Positions 45,949 through 56,200 of a stretch of DNA of 64,000 nucleotides are shown in pieces (position 1 is the first letter of the stretch; the number at the start of each line of letters is the position of its first letter). Where the stretch lies: the NCBI GenBank assembly GCA_963617485.1, contig CAVEPA010000007.1:30628-94627 (forward strand), in the 5' to 3' direction. Both the position numbers and the translations under genes were made by a program. The stretch comes from a bacterium. GTDB taxonomy: Bacteria > Bacteroidota > Bacteroidia > Bacteroidales > UBA1402. The notes under the pieces were generated by a model, which was not told the origin of the DNA, did no database searches, and saw only the letters and a program-made list of their open reading frames with translations.

Positions 45949-47181
45949 ATGAAAAAGTCCTTCCGCATGCTGCTGATGATGGCAGTGCTCACCGTAGCAC
46001 TGGCCTCCTGCGAACGCAAGCCCCTGTATCTGGTGGGCGGCGGCAACGTGGAACTCGACGTGGCTATCTACGACATCCGTCTGAGCCTGCTCTGGGGTCT
46101 CAACTGGGAGACCGAATGGCAGTACGACTGGGCCGATGAGTACGGCGAAATCGGTTACACCCGTCCCGACTACGTTCGCGCCATCATGTACAATGTAGAC
46201 CAGTTCCTTGGCAAGAGAGAAAATCCGCAAACCAGAAACTTCGCCGCTACCGGCGGTATGGTTTCCCTGCTGCCCGGCAGCATGTACGACATGCTCTTCT
46301 ACAACTCGGGTTACGAATACATCCAGGTGCTCACCGACGATGACAACACCTATTACAAAGCAACCACCCGCCGCAGCAACACCAAGGCCTACTCCAAGAG
46401 CAAGGCTGCCGCAGAAGAAAGCGGCGACGATTCGCAATATGTAGACTACAACCAACCCGATGAATTCTTCGGAACCTTCCTGAGCGACCTCTGGGTATCG
46501 GACAACACCGACGATTACGAACAGACCGTAGCCGAAGACGGCACCATCGTTTACCTGTACAGAGTAAACGCCAGCCTGCGTCCTTACTCCATGATTTACC
46601 TCTATCAGATTATGGTTATCAACAACGAAGACTCTATCGGTAACAAGATTGTAGGCGCTCAGGGTTACACCGTAACAGGTTTGTCGAACGAAGTTAACAT
46701 GTTCAACCGCATGAACGACTCAACTTCCGTATCGGTATCGTCCGAAGTGGTTCGCCCGCTTATCGACAACAAGATGCTGACCTTGCCCGACGGCACACAA
46801 GTACAAGGCGATATCATGGCCAGCCGTATGCTTACCTGGGGTCTGTCGGGTATCAGCCCGCTGGACGAAGCCGACAAGTACATAGCCGGTGAAACCAAGA
46901 GCGGCAACACCAAATCGCGTGCCGACGAAGTGAACCCAGTAGACGACAACTATATCAACATAGGCGTAACGCTGCGCAACGGCGCTACCAAGGTGATTAG
47001 CAAGAACATCACCGAGCAGATGAACAACCATCCCGCCGGCGGCGTTATTACCGTTGTGATTGATGCAGCCCAGGAAATTTCCGCTTCCGACCTGAACGGC
47101 GGTTCGGGTTCGAAGGGTGGCGGTTTCAGTGCCGATGTTAACGACTGGGGCAACTCACAAGACGCTGAAATAACTATTTAA
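45949..47181 (+). CDS. lipoprotein of unknown function in the position usually held by the pilus anchor (Mfa2/FimB- or DUF5119-like)
   Basis: I place the start at ATG 45949 (MKKSFRMLLMMAVLTVALASC lipobox). It lies between the barrel gene and the fimbrillin array. Function is inferred from position only. Confidence 0.45.
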   Translation: MKKSFRMLLMMAVLTVALASCERKPLYLVGGGNVELDVAIYDIRLSLLWGLNWETEWQYDWADEYGEIGYTRPDYVRAIMYNVDQFLGKRENPQTRNFAATGGMVSLLPGSMYDMLFYNSGYEYIQVLTDDDNTYYKATTRRSNTKAYSKSKAAAEESGDDSQYVDYNQPDEFFGTFLSDLWVSDNTDDYEQTVAEDGTIVYLYRVNASLRPYSMIYLYQIMVINNEDSIGNKIVGAQGYTVTGLSNEVNMFNRMNDSTSVSVSSEVVRPLIDNKMLTLPDGTQVQGDIMASRMLTWGLSGISPLDEADKYIAGETKSGNTKSRADEVNPVDDNYINIGVTLRNGATKVISKNITEQMNNHPAGGVITVVIDAAQEISASDLNGGSGSKGGGFSADVNDWGNSQDAEITI

Positions 47182-47269
47182 CAAGGTGTTGACGAAAAAA
47201 ACGACAAAAAACTTGACAATTATATTTTTTAATTAATACTTTTACTAATTCTTCGAAAAGAACAAAACA

Positions 47270-48517
47270 ATGAAAAAGAGTTATTTGATTCTGCTTGCCG
47301 CTGTATGCGCATTTACAGCTTGCAAAAACGACGATTTCCTTGGAACCGTCAAGTCTGAAACCCCTGCTGCCGAACAGCAGATTGCTTTCTCAACATTCAA
47401 CAACAAAATGACCAAGGCTGAGAATTCTAATGAAACTGAAAAGATTTCTCTGCTTAAGCACCATGCCGATTTTTCCGTATGGGCGCTGAAAGACAACGAA
47501 ACCTCCAAGTGGGTGTTCAACGGCACCCAAGTTGAAGGCAAGGAAGAAAGCGGCGTTATCACTTGGGAACCCGTAGACGTACGTTTCTGGGACAAGACCG
47601 CTACCCGCTACGATTTCTACGCTGCCGCTCCTGCCAGTGCTGCTTGGGCGTTGAAAAATGTTGCTCCCAGCACGACTGCAACGGCTTACACAGGTGGTTA
47701 CTTCACCTTGGACGATGTTACTTTGGCAGACAAGACTTTGAATGCTAAGGACTATCAGGAATCTATGAAGGCTGACGAACAGACCAACATCGACTACATG
47801 ATTGCTACCGATAAGTTTGTTGAACAAGCCAATTTCGGTCAGGAAGTAGACCTCGACTTCAACCACATCCTTTCACGTTTGAACGTAACCGTTAAGCGCG
47901 GTCCCAGCCTCGAAAAGTGGGCCACCAAGAATCCAACCAAAGCCGAATATGCCAAGGTTGAGCTTACCGGCCTCGAGGTGGTAAAGATGCTCAGCAAGGG
48001 CTCTTTCGCTGAAAACGCTGTTAGCGGCACCGACCTGCAGCAGGGTACCACTGGCCGTTGGACCACCACCAGCGATGTTATCAACTACACCGCTTGCACC
48101 ACCAACGCTACCGACCTGACGGCTACTCCCGAAGTTTACGTGCTGCAATCGCTGGTAATGCCTCAGACCGTCAAGTACGAAGCTATCAACGCCGGTACCG
48201 GTAAAAAGGGCGATGGTACTGATGCCGCAGAAACCTATATCTGTGTAAAGTTCAAGATTGGTACGGAAGACTACACCACCTATGTAAACTTGGCTGCTGC
48301 TTTCGGTGCTAAGGAAGACGATTCTGCTACCACCGATATTGACGAATCTCTGATTGCCTTTAACGAAGGCTGGCAGAACACCCTGCGTATCGCCATCGAT
48401 GCTTCGGCTATCACCTTCACCGCTAACGCTTACAACTGGGCCGACGGTGCCGACAGCAGCTACACCATTGAGACTTCTATCAACATTCCTACCAACCTTG
48501 ATATTGTTGGTGAATAA
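47270..48517 (+). CDS. fimbrillin-family (type V pilin-like) lipoprotein, paralogue 1
   Basis: Lipobox AFTAC, then a first strand IAFSTF followed by KMTKAENS. It shares blocks with paralogues 2-4 (RFWDKTATRYDFYAAAP, DLDFNHILSRLNVTVKRG, IAFNEGWQNTLRIAID). Codon usage is gapA-like and T-ending. Confidence 0.7.
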   Translation: MKKSYLILLAAVCAFTACKNDDFLGTVKSETPAAEQQIAFSTFNNKMTKAENSNETEKISLLKHHADFSVWALKDNETSKWVFNGTQVEGKEESGVITWEPVDVRFWDKTATRYDFYAAAPASAAWALKNVAPSTTATAYTGGYFTLDDVTLADKTLNAKDYQESMKADEQTNIDYMIATDKFVEQANFGQEVDLDFNHILSRLNVTVKRGPSLEKWATKNPTKAEYAKVELTGLEVVKMLSKGSFAENAVSGTDLQQGTTGRWTTTSDVINYTACTTNATDLTATPEVYVLQSLVMPQTVKYEAINAGTGKKGDGTDAAETYICVKFKIGTEDYTTYVNLAAAFGAKEDDSATTDIDESLIAFNEGWQNTLRIAIDASAITFTANAYNWADGADSSYTIETSINIPTNLDIVGE

Positions 48518-48573
48518 TCCTTGGTATAAGACTAACCGATAAACAAGTAATAACAATAAAAAACATCATAACA

Positions 48574-49755
48574 ATGAAAAAGATTCTATTTCTGACTACG
48601 CTTGCAGCAGCTTTCGCCTTCGGCTTTAGCAGCTGCTCTAACGAGGAACTGGTAGAAAACATCGAGCAAGCTCAGGGTGCCGAAATCGCTTTCGATACCT
48701 TCGCCGACAAACTTACCAAGGCCGAAAACTCCGATAAGACAAGCACTACCGCATTGGAAGGCCACCACACAACTTTCAATGTATGGGGTACCAAAACGGT
48801 AGGTTCCACTACCAGTGTTGTTTACTCTGTAGCCGATAAGGGCTCGGTTTCATTCGCTTCCAGTGCTTGGACCGCTACTCCCAAAAAGTTCTGGGACAAG
48901 ACCGCTACCAACTACAACTTCTATGCAGCTGCTCCTGCTACCGCCAATTGGGCTTTTGCATTCACTACTGGCAATGCCGACGGCACCATTACGCTGGCCG
49001 ACTTTACCTTGGAAGGTAAGAACGCCCTTACCGCGGCTTCTGCCACTGCTGTTGATACTTGGAAGGATGTTGCTGACGATGTAGACCTGATGATTGCTTC
49101 TCCTTGCCTTGTGGCTCGTACCTCTTACAACAAGGCTGACCCCGACAAGGTGAACCTGCAGTTCAACCACATTCTTTCTCGCTTGAACGTGCTGGTAAAG
49201 AAGGGTGAAGTTTTGGAGAATGAAACAGTTTCTTTGACCGGTCTTAGCATTGTGAACCTCAAGAACAAGTCTTCTTTCGACGAAAGCAAGAAGACCGGCA
49301 CTGAACTGGCCGCTGGCACTACCGCCCGCTGGACTACTCCCGAGCTTGATGGTACTTACCAACTCGATGGTCTTACGCTGACCGCTACTACTAAAGAAGA
49401 CGGTGTTACCACCACCGCTCAGTATATAGGTGAATGGCTGATTATTCCGCAGGAAATCACTAAGAAGGTTCTGGATGTAGACTTTTCAGACAAGGGTGAG
49501 GGCTCTTCTACTGAAGATGGTGCCAAGAATGAAGCCTATGTAAAGGTTGATTACACCATCAACGGTGAAGAGTTCTTTGGTTACTACAACCTGGCTCACG
49601 CATTCAAGGCTGCCAATTCCGGCGACAAGATTGCCTTTAACGAAGGCTGGCAGAACAACCTTACCATCGTCATCAATCCCGATGTTATCGAATTCGATGC
49701 TGAGGTATTCGATTGGGCTACCAATGCCGAAAACGAGTTCAATATTCCTGAATAA
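48574..49755 (+). CDS. fimbrillin-family lipoprotein, paralogue 2
   Basis: Lipobox GFSSC, then IAFDTFADKLTKAENS, KKFWDKTATNYNFYAAAP, NLQFNHILSRLNVLVKKG and IAFNEGWQNNLTIVIN. It is clearly paralogous to 47270-48517. Confidence 0.7.
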   Translation: MKKILFLTTLAAAFAFGFSSCSNEELVENIEQAQGAEIAFDTFADKLTKAENSDKTSTTALEGHHTTFNVWGTKTVGSTTSVVYSVADKGSVSFASSAWTATPKKFWDKTATNYNFYAAAPATANWAFAFTTGNADGTITLADFTLEGKNALTAASATAVDTWKDVADDVDLMIASPCLVARTSYNKADPDKVNLQFNHILSRLNVLVKKGEVLENETVSLTGLSIVNLKNKSSFDESKKTGTELAAGTTARWTTPELDGTYQLDGLTLTATTKEDGVTTTAQYIGEWLIIPQEITKKVLDVDFSDKGEGSSTEDGAKNEAYVKVDYTINGEEFFGYYNLAHAFKAANSGDKIAFNEGWQNNLTIVINPDVIEFDAEVFDWATNAENEFNIPE

Positions 49756-49773
49756 GACTTAGGTTGCTTGAGG

Positions 49774-49804
49774 GCAGACGGGCGCGCGAAGCGCGCCTGT
49801 CTGC
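49774..49804 (+). terminator. strong intra-operon GC hairpin after fimbrillin paralogue 2 (attenuating terminator or RNA-stability element)
   Basis: 14-bp stem gcagacgggcgcgc / gcgcgcctgtctgc (one G-U pair) with loop gaa. There is no T-run. A second small hairpin cgcaag/cttgcg follows at 49807-49829. Confidence 0.5.
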
Positions 49805-49871
49805 ACCGCAAGACCAGGGACGGCTTGCGCCGCCCGACCAACAGATTGATTAACTACTTAAACAACCGATT

Positions 49872-50984
49872 ATGAAAAAGATTTTTGTTATTCTTTCAGC
49901 AGCACTTATGTTTGCCGCTTGCTCCAAGAACGATGTTATCGTTCCGGTAGAAGAAGACGAAACCGCTATCGATTTCAGCGCCGTAGCCGACAAGACTACC
50001 AAGGCCGCCATTAACGATAATGCCGACTTGGCCAAAGAAGGTGGTTTCGTGGTTTGGGGCTACAAGAACGCCAAGACCGCTACCGATTGGACTTCTGCTA
50101 CCACAATTTTTGATGCTCAGACTGTTACCGCTGCCGCCAACGATGGTGCTTACGTTTCAGGCAATGTAACCAACTGGACCTACACACCCAAACGTTTCTG
50201 GGACAAGAACGCCAACTACTGCTTCTATGCTGTAGCGCCTGTTAGCCCTGCCAATGGTACTTACTCTATCGCCGGCAATGCCAACGAAAAGAAAATCACC
50301 ATCGATGGTGCTGTTTCCGCTATCTCTACCGCTTCTGACGACCACCTGATTAGCCGCGCCGGTGTTATCGGCCGCGATGGCAAGACCACCGACAATGTAG
50401 ATTTCACCTTCAACCACGTTATGGCCAAGCTGACCTTCAAGGTTAAATTGCAGGACAAGCTCGTTCCCACCGACCTTAAGCAGATTGAAGTGAAAGAAAT
50501 CACTATGACGGGTTGGAATAATGGTGCCGGCAAATTCGTTCAGACGGCAACGACTACACCCGCTACTATCGAATGCAACGAGTGGAATATTGCTACGGCT
50601 GCCGATGGCAATATCATCCTGGTAGGTACTGGAGCTTCTCAAACCAGCATCGTACTGACACCAGAAACGGGTGATACCAACACTCCTACGGAGATTACCG
50701 ACTGGTACATTATGGTGCCTCAGGCTATTGCTTACACGGCTGCCTCAGGTGATGCTGCTGCCAAGGGTCTGACTTTCAATGTGAAGTACACCATGACGCT
50801 TGCCGATAACACCACCACCGAAGATTTCGAAGTGAGCGGTGTTGTTCCCGCTAGCCAGACTTGGGGTACCGACTCTTACACCAACTACACCATTATCGTA
50901 GGTCCGGAACCTATCGAATTTGATGTGGTATCAGTTGCCGGTTTCACCAACGATGGTGGCGACCAAACTGTAACGGTTCAGTAA
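49872..50984 (+). CDS. fimbrillin-family lipoprotein, paralogue 3
   Basis: Lipobox MFAAC, then IDFSAVADKTTKAAIN, KRFWDKNANYCFYAVAP and DFTFNHVMAKLTFKVKL. Confidence 0.7.
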   Translation: MKKIFVILSAALMFAACSKNDVIVPVEEDETAIDFSAVADKTTKAAINDNADLAKEGGFVVWGYKNAKTATDWTSATTIFDAQTVTAAANDGAYVSGNVTNWTYTPKRFWDKNANYCFYAVAPVSPANGTYSIAGNANEKKITIDGAVSAISTASDDHLISRAGVIGRDGKTTDNVDFTFNHVMAKLTFKVKLQDKLVPTDLKQIEVKEITMTGWNNGAGKFVQTATTTPATIECNEWNIATAADGNIILVGTGASQTSIVLTPETGDTNTPTEITDWYIMVPQAIAYTAASGDAAAKGLTFNVKYTMTLADNTTTEDFEVSGVVPASQTWGTDSYTNYTIIVGPEPIEFDVVSVAGFTNDGGDQTVTVQ

Positions 50985-51073
50985 TTGAATAACTCTTTTC
51001 GATGCAATATATAGGCTGGGTGGGCTTGGTTGTCTGCCCAGCTACTATGTAACCAGACGACAGGTTTAATACT

Positions 51074-52189
51074 ATGAGTAAGGCTTATATATATAAGGTA
51101 TGTTTGTTGGGCTTGGCCCTGCTGGGTTTGGCCTCGTGCGAAAGACGTAGCCAAAACACCGACAGGCTTATTTCCATGTCGGTGCTGGTGGAGCATACCA
51201 AAGCAGGACTCATAGAAGACAATGCCGGTTTCCAGCGTCAGGGCAATTTCGGGGTGTTCGGCTACAAGGCCATGAACAATACCGTAGATGCCAGTAGCCA
51301 GCTGATATTCAACAACCAGCTGGTGGAGAACGAAAACAAGGACACCGACCCCCTGCAAGCCGCTGTTTGGACCTACAGCCCCTTGCGCTACTGGGATACC
51401 CGTAAGGGCCAGTGGTACAACTATATAGCCTATGCGCCCCACAACTCGACGGGTGGTGTTACGGCTCAGGCCAGCATGACGTGTCAGGGTTCGGGCAGCG
51501 ATATGTATTACTCCCTCACGCTTAGCAATATTCCCGCTTGGCAACCGGCCGCTACGGGTATCGACTATCTGGTGTCGGATGTGTCGCGTGCCACGGGTGT
51601 GGATTATGTGAAGAATTACGCTTCGTGCGTAGACCTTACCTTCAACCATATTTTGGCGCTTGTAGACCTTGCGGCCTACAAAATTGATGGTACGGAATTT
51701 ACCATCGAAAAGGTACAGGCGGGCAGTTTGAGCGATGCCGACCGCATGGTGCCTACGGGCAACGACAATAGCTATGAACAGGCGGTGGTGTTTGGCGGCA
51801 GCCCTGCGGCGCTGCAAGCGCCGCAGCTGAGCCTTGGCTCCGCCAAGGGTCAGGCCTCCTGGTACCAGGAGGCTGCCGCTGACGGTGGAGTGGAGGTGCT
51901 CAGCAGTGACATGAACAACCCCACGCTTATCTGCCAGATGCTGGCTTTCCCCTTTAGCACAACGGGCGGCCTTAACCTGAACATCACCTTCAAGCGCGGA
52001 GCGCCCAGCGCTACGGTGGCCAGCGAAGTGGCTCAAGACAAGCTCATTACAAGTCTCAGCAAACTGGAGAGCGGCAAGCACTACAGTATCGTGCTCAAGT
52101 TCGAAGGCGGTCTGGTGGTAGACGTGCATGTGAGCGAAGTTCAAGATTGGATTATAAGAGACAGAAACCACAGTTTGTATAATTGGTAA
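51074..52189 (+). CDS. fimbrillin-family lipoprotein, divergent paralogue 4
   Basis: Lipobox GLASC, then ISMSVLVEHTKAGLIE, LRYWDTRKGQWYNYIAYAP and DLTFNHILALVDLAAYK. It uses ordinary (G/C-ending) codons. Confidence 0.6.
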   Translation: MSKAYIYKVCLLGLALLGLASCERRSQNTDRLISMSVLVEHTKAGLIEDNAGFQRQGNFGVFGYKAMNNTVDASSQLIFNNQLVENENKDTDPLQAAVWTYSPLRYWDTRKGQWYNYIAYAPHNSTGGVTAQASMTCQGSGSDMYYSLTLSNIPAWQPAATGIDYLVSDVSRATGVDYVKNYASCVDLTFNHILALVDLAAYKIDGTEFTIEKVQAGSLSDADRMVPTGNDNSYEQAVVFGGSPAALQAPQLSLGSAKGQASWYQEAAADGGVEVLSSDMNNPTLICQMLAFPFSTTGGLNLNITFKRGAPSATVASEVAQDKLITSLSKLESGKHYSIVLKFEGGLVVDVHVSEVQDWIIRDRNHSLYNW

Positions 52190-53251
52190 ATGAGCGAGCA
52201 AATGAGCAGGTATACCTTATATAATATATGTAAGACTTTGGCCATCGCCTGCATGCTACTGCTGACGGCCTGCCAGTCGGTGCAGGAATCCGACCTCGAT
52301 GCCGGTTTGCCTGTGGGAATCGGTGCTTTCGAAATGCAATCGCAGAGCGTGATAACGCGCGCCGTCAATGCCGGCTATCACGATTTCGACGCCACTGCCG
52401 ACATCACGGCCGATTCCAAACTCTACGGCTTTATCCAAAACTCGGCCGATACCTATATCAAGAGTGTTTCCACCTACGACTTTACGGCCGGTAAATGGAA
52501 TTCGGGCATGCGTCTGTTGTCGTATATGCCGCCCACGGGCTGGACTTTCCGCTTTTTTGCGCTCGTTACCGACAACACCGCCATTACCAGCAGCATGGCC
52601 AACAATGCCAGCGGCCAGCCTTGTATGACCATCGGCAATGTGCCGGCCTTCAGCCAATACAATATTATGCTTTCGAGCGGCGCGGTACTCAATGGCCTTA
52701 CTTTGGCCAAGGGCAGCTATACGGCCGCGCTCAGCAACGACAATCATCAGGTGAACTTTATGCTGGACAATCTTATGACAGCCCTCAACCTGAAAATCCT
52801 TATCGACAGCAAGTACAACGCCCTACGCGACGTGGTGGTAAAGGAAGTGAGGATAAATAGTCAGAATGCTGTTTACCAAGCCGTTGCAACTTTTACCACT
52901 TCGGGTATCTCGCTCACATCGAGCGTTACCGACGCCGAGGGCCAAGACTTTACGCTCAGTTTCGATCCGGGCCTGCAACTCACTACCACAGCCGCCGAGC
53001 TGGGCAGTTGCTACTTGGTGCCCAAACTGACAGGTCTCACTATGACCACTACCTACGACATCTACGACAAGAAGGGCAACCTGATTCGCGCCGACCAGAC
53101 GGCCGTCAACAACCTAGACAAGGCCCTGACCTCGGACGTGATGATGTCGAACAGCAAGATTAACCTCACCCTGAAGGTGGCTCCCACTTATTTGTATTCG
53201 CTCTCGGACGGCGATTTGGACAACCCCGGGGTAACCATTATAAAGAACTAA
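52190..53251 (+). CDS. fimbrillin-like lipoprotein, most divergent paralogue 5
   Basis: Lipobox LLTAC, then IGAFEMQSQSVITRAVN (strand plus R-A site) and VNFMLDNLMTALNLKILID at the position of the FNHILSRLN block. Its ATG abuts the previous stop. Confidence 0.5.
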   Translation: MSEQMSRYTLYNICKTLAIACMLLLTACQSVQESDLDAGLPVGIGAFEMQSQSVITRAVNAGYHDFDATADITADSKLYGFIQNSADTYIKSVSTYDFTAGKWNSGMRLLSYMPPTGWTFRFFALVTDNTAITSSMANNASGQPCMTIGNVPAFSQYNIMLSSGAVLNGLTLAKGSYTAALSNDNHQVNFMLDNLMTALNLKILIDSKYNALRDVVVKEVRINSQNAVYQAVATFTTSGISLTSSVTDAEGQDFTLSFDPGLQLTTTAAELGSCYLVPKLTGLTMTTTYDIYDKKGNLIRADQTAVNNLDKALTSDVMMSNSKINLTLKVAPTYLYSLSDGDLDNPGVTIIKN

Positions 53252-53273
53252 CGAGATAATATACCAGTTGAAT

Positions 53274-56200
53274 ATGAACCGCTATTTTACTGTTATCCTG
53301 ATATTGCTGACGTTTTCGGTATCGGCCAAGGCACAGATTACCATTGGCGGAAGCGTTTATGGTGGTGGCCGTAACGGCGCTGTGGGAACGGGCAACACCC
53401 CGGCCGCGCAGGTGGCTACGGCTGCCGACTTTGAGGCCGCTACGGTGGCCGCCCAGTCTACAGCCACGATGGTGACGGTAAACAGCGGTAGTTTGAACAA
53501 TATTTACGGCGGTGGCGAAAAGGGCAATAGCAAGGGCCAAACCAACGTCGTGCTCAGAGGCGGTTCGATAAACGGAAGTGTGTATGGCGGTGCCATGATG
53601 GCCGATATTGAGGGCTATTCGCACGTGAACATTGATGCTGCCAACCTGCGCAGCGACCTTGTGCTGGCCAATGTGTACGGCGGTAACGATATTGCCGGCA
53701 ACATCAGCCAGTTGGCCTATGTGGAATCTACTTACGCTTCCGACCTTGACAAGGCCGTGGCCGACGGCGGCAAGCGCTGCTATGTGCTGAACCTCTTTGG
53801 CGGCGGCAACGGCGACTATGCCGATTCGCTCTACACGGGCAGTCTTGAGCGTCCCACGCTGGCCCAAGCCGAGATTCACCTTACTTCGGGTTGCTACTAT
53901 CAGATTTTCGGCGGCGGCAATATGGCCACGGTAACGGCCAACACCACCATCGACCTGCAGAACCGGACACAATTGCGTTTCCATGCTTCGCAAAATGCAG
54001 ACGGCAGCTATAGCTTCGACGACGAAATTCCTGAATATCAGTTCGAAAGAGTATTCGGCGGCAACAACAAGGTGGCCATGGACATACGGCCCACTTGGAA
54101 CTTGCAAAAGGCTTCGGTAGAGAACCTTTATTCGGGCGGCAATGCCGGCGATATGACCTACCACACGGGTATCTTGCTCGAAATTGCCAGTGCCGACATG
54201 ACCGTCTACAACGTCTACGGCGGTTGCCGTATGGCCAATGTGAGCAATTCGGCCACGGTGACGGTGAGCGACGGTATCATTACCAATGTTTATGGCGGTA
54301 ACGATATCTCGGGCAATGTCTACGGCGGCACGCAGGTGAACATTCAAAGCAGCGTGCTGGGCGATGTTTACGGCGGCGGCAACGGTTCTTACGCCTATAC
54401 CGACAACATCAAGCTCAAGGACGATGCCCAATACAGCGATATTTTCTACGAAATTCCCGGTGTCGATTACGAGAATTTGCCCAGCGACATTTCCTTGCTC
54501 TCGGCCCAGGCACTCAACGCTTACCGACCCAATGCCGAGAACGTAACTATCTCGCTTTCAGGTAAGTCTGATGCCGAACCTACCTATATCGGCGGTTCGG
54601 TTTATTGCGGTGGCAACAGTGCTACACTGCGTTCCACCTCGGGCAATCTGGAAGCTGCTTCGGCCACGCTCAAGCTTGGTTCTTATGTGATAGCCAACCA
54701 CATTTTCTTGGGTAGCAACGGTGCCAATATGGTGGCCCGCGACCAGGCCGGCGATATGCTGCGTGTGCTTCGCGACGGCCCTGTCGACTACGATGCCACG
54801 GCGCAGGGTAAATATTCGCTGATGGATCTGACCGACCACGACACTTTCGAAGAATACATGAAGGGTGTCGAGGTGGCCATCAAGCCGCAAGTGGGTTTTG
54901 TGGATGATTATGTAGACTATTCGTCCAAGGTGGGTTCGGTGTATGTCGGTGGTAATGTGGGCAGTATGTCGGCCACGGGCTATTTCAACCTCTCGTTCCT
55001 GCAGAAGGTAGTGGTTTTCGAAAAGCTGGTGGGCGGCTGCAACAATGCCAATATATCGGCCGGTGCCTACAATGCCTATCACGAAGGCGGCCTTACTTCT
55101 TACAGTGCCACCAAGGTTATCATGAACGTGGAAGGCATGAAGCTGCAGCCCATGAAGCTGACGGCCAATGCCGACGGTACTTTTACCTTTGCCGAGAACC
55201 GTAATGCCGATGGCTTGCTGGTGGGTGGCAACATCTACGGCGGCTGCTACGAAAGCGGTTACATCAACGGTGGTGTGGAAATCAACATCAAGCAAGATGC
55301 CATCTCATCGTCCGTGAGCGATGCCGACCGTCAGCTTATCCGCGACAATGTTTTCTCGACAGCCCTCTCGGCTTTTGGCGGCGGTTATGGCCACAATGCC
55401 GAAATTTGGGGCGACGTTACGGTGAATATCAGCAACGATGCCAATATAATTAAGGTGTTCGGCGGTGGCGAAATGGGTGTGGTAGGACGCACCAAAGGCA
55501 GTGCCGCTCCCGAAAACCTTTTCCACGAACCTCTTACGGCCAACACCAATATCAGCATTACCGGCGGTACGGTGGGTAAAATCTACGGAGGCGGTTTCGA
55601 AGGTCTGGTAACGGGTAACACCAAGGTGATGCTCGACGGCGGTAAGGTGTACGATGCCATGGCCGGTGCCTGCAACGCCGATATTGACGGTTATGCCCAA
55701 ATGCTGATGGGTAGCGTGAACGGCGGTGCAACTACCACAGTGGAACACAACGTTTACGGCGGCAACGACTTTGGCGGACGCATTGCTTCGGCTGCCACCT
55801 ATACGGGTGCCAACGGCCAAAACGTGACGGCCAATACTTATGTGTCTTATCAAAAGGGTATAGTAGGGAACAGTATCTACGGCGGTGCTTGCGGCAGTTA
55901 CGACTATTCCGTTGCGCCTTACAGCACCAAGGCTGCCGAGGCCGGTTTCTACTATCCGAAATTCGAAACGCTACCCACGGGCGGCGACATCAATACCAAC
56001 AGTTTTGTGGATATCCGCACCACGGCTGCCAGCGACAAGGCCGACGGCAATATCTACGGCGGTGGCCGGGGCTTTTTGAATGCCAAGTCCGGCGATGCCC
56101 AGCTGGCCATTGTGGATATGAAACAGTCGTATGTGCTACTGCGCAGCCAGAACGCTACGGGTCTGGTGGCCGACAACATTCTGGGCGGCGGTTACTACTC

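Noticed and set aside
44842-52747. Minus-strand ORFs inside the pilus-like operon (for example 45673-46455, 47873-48556, 48850-49362, 50157-50642, 50978-52201 and 52256-52747)
   Set aside because: The plus-strand frames carry lipoprotein signal peptides and conserved paralogous blocks. The minus-strand frames show neither.
53238-55853. Minus-strand ORFs 53238-54431, 54558-55295 and 55305-55853
   Set aside because: Same reasoning: these are antisense shadows of the 5' part of the giant plus-strand gene.
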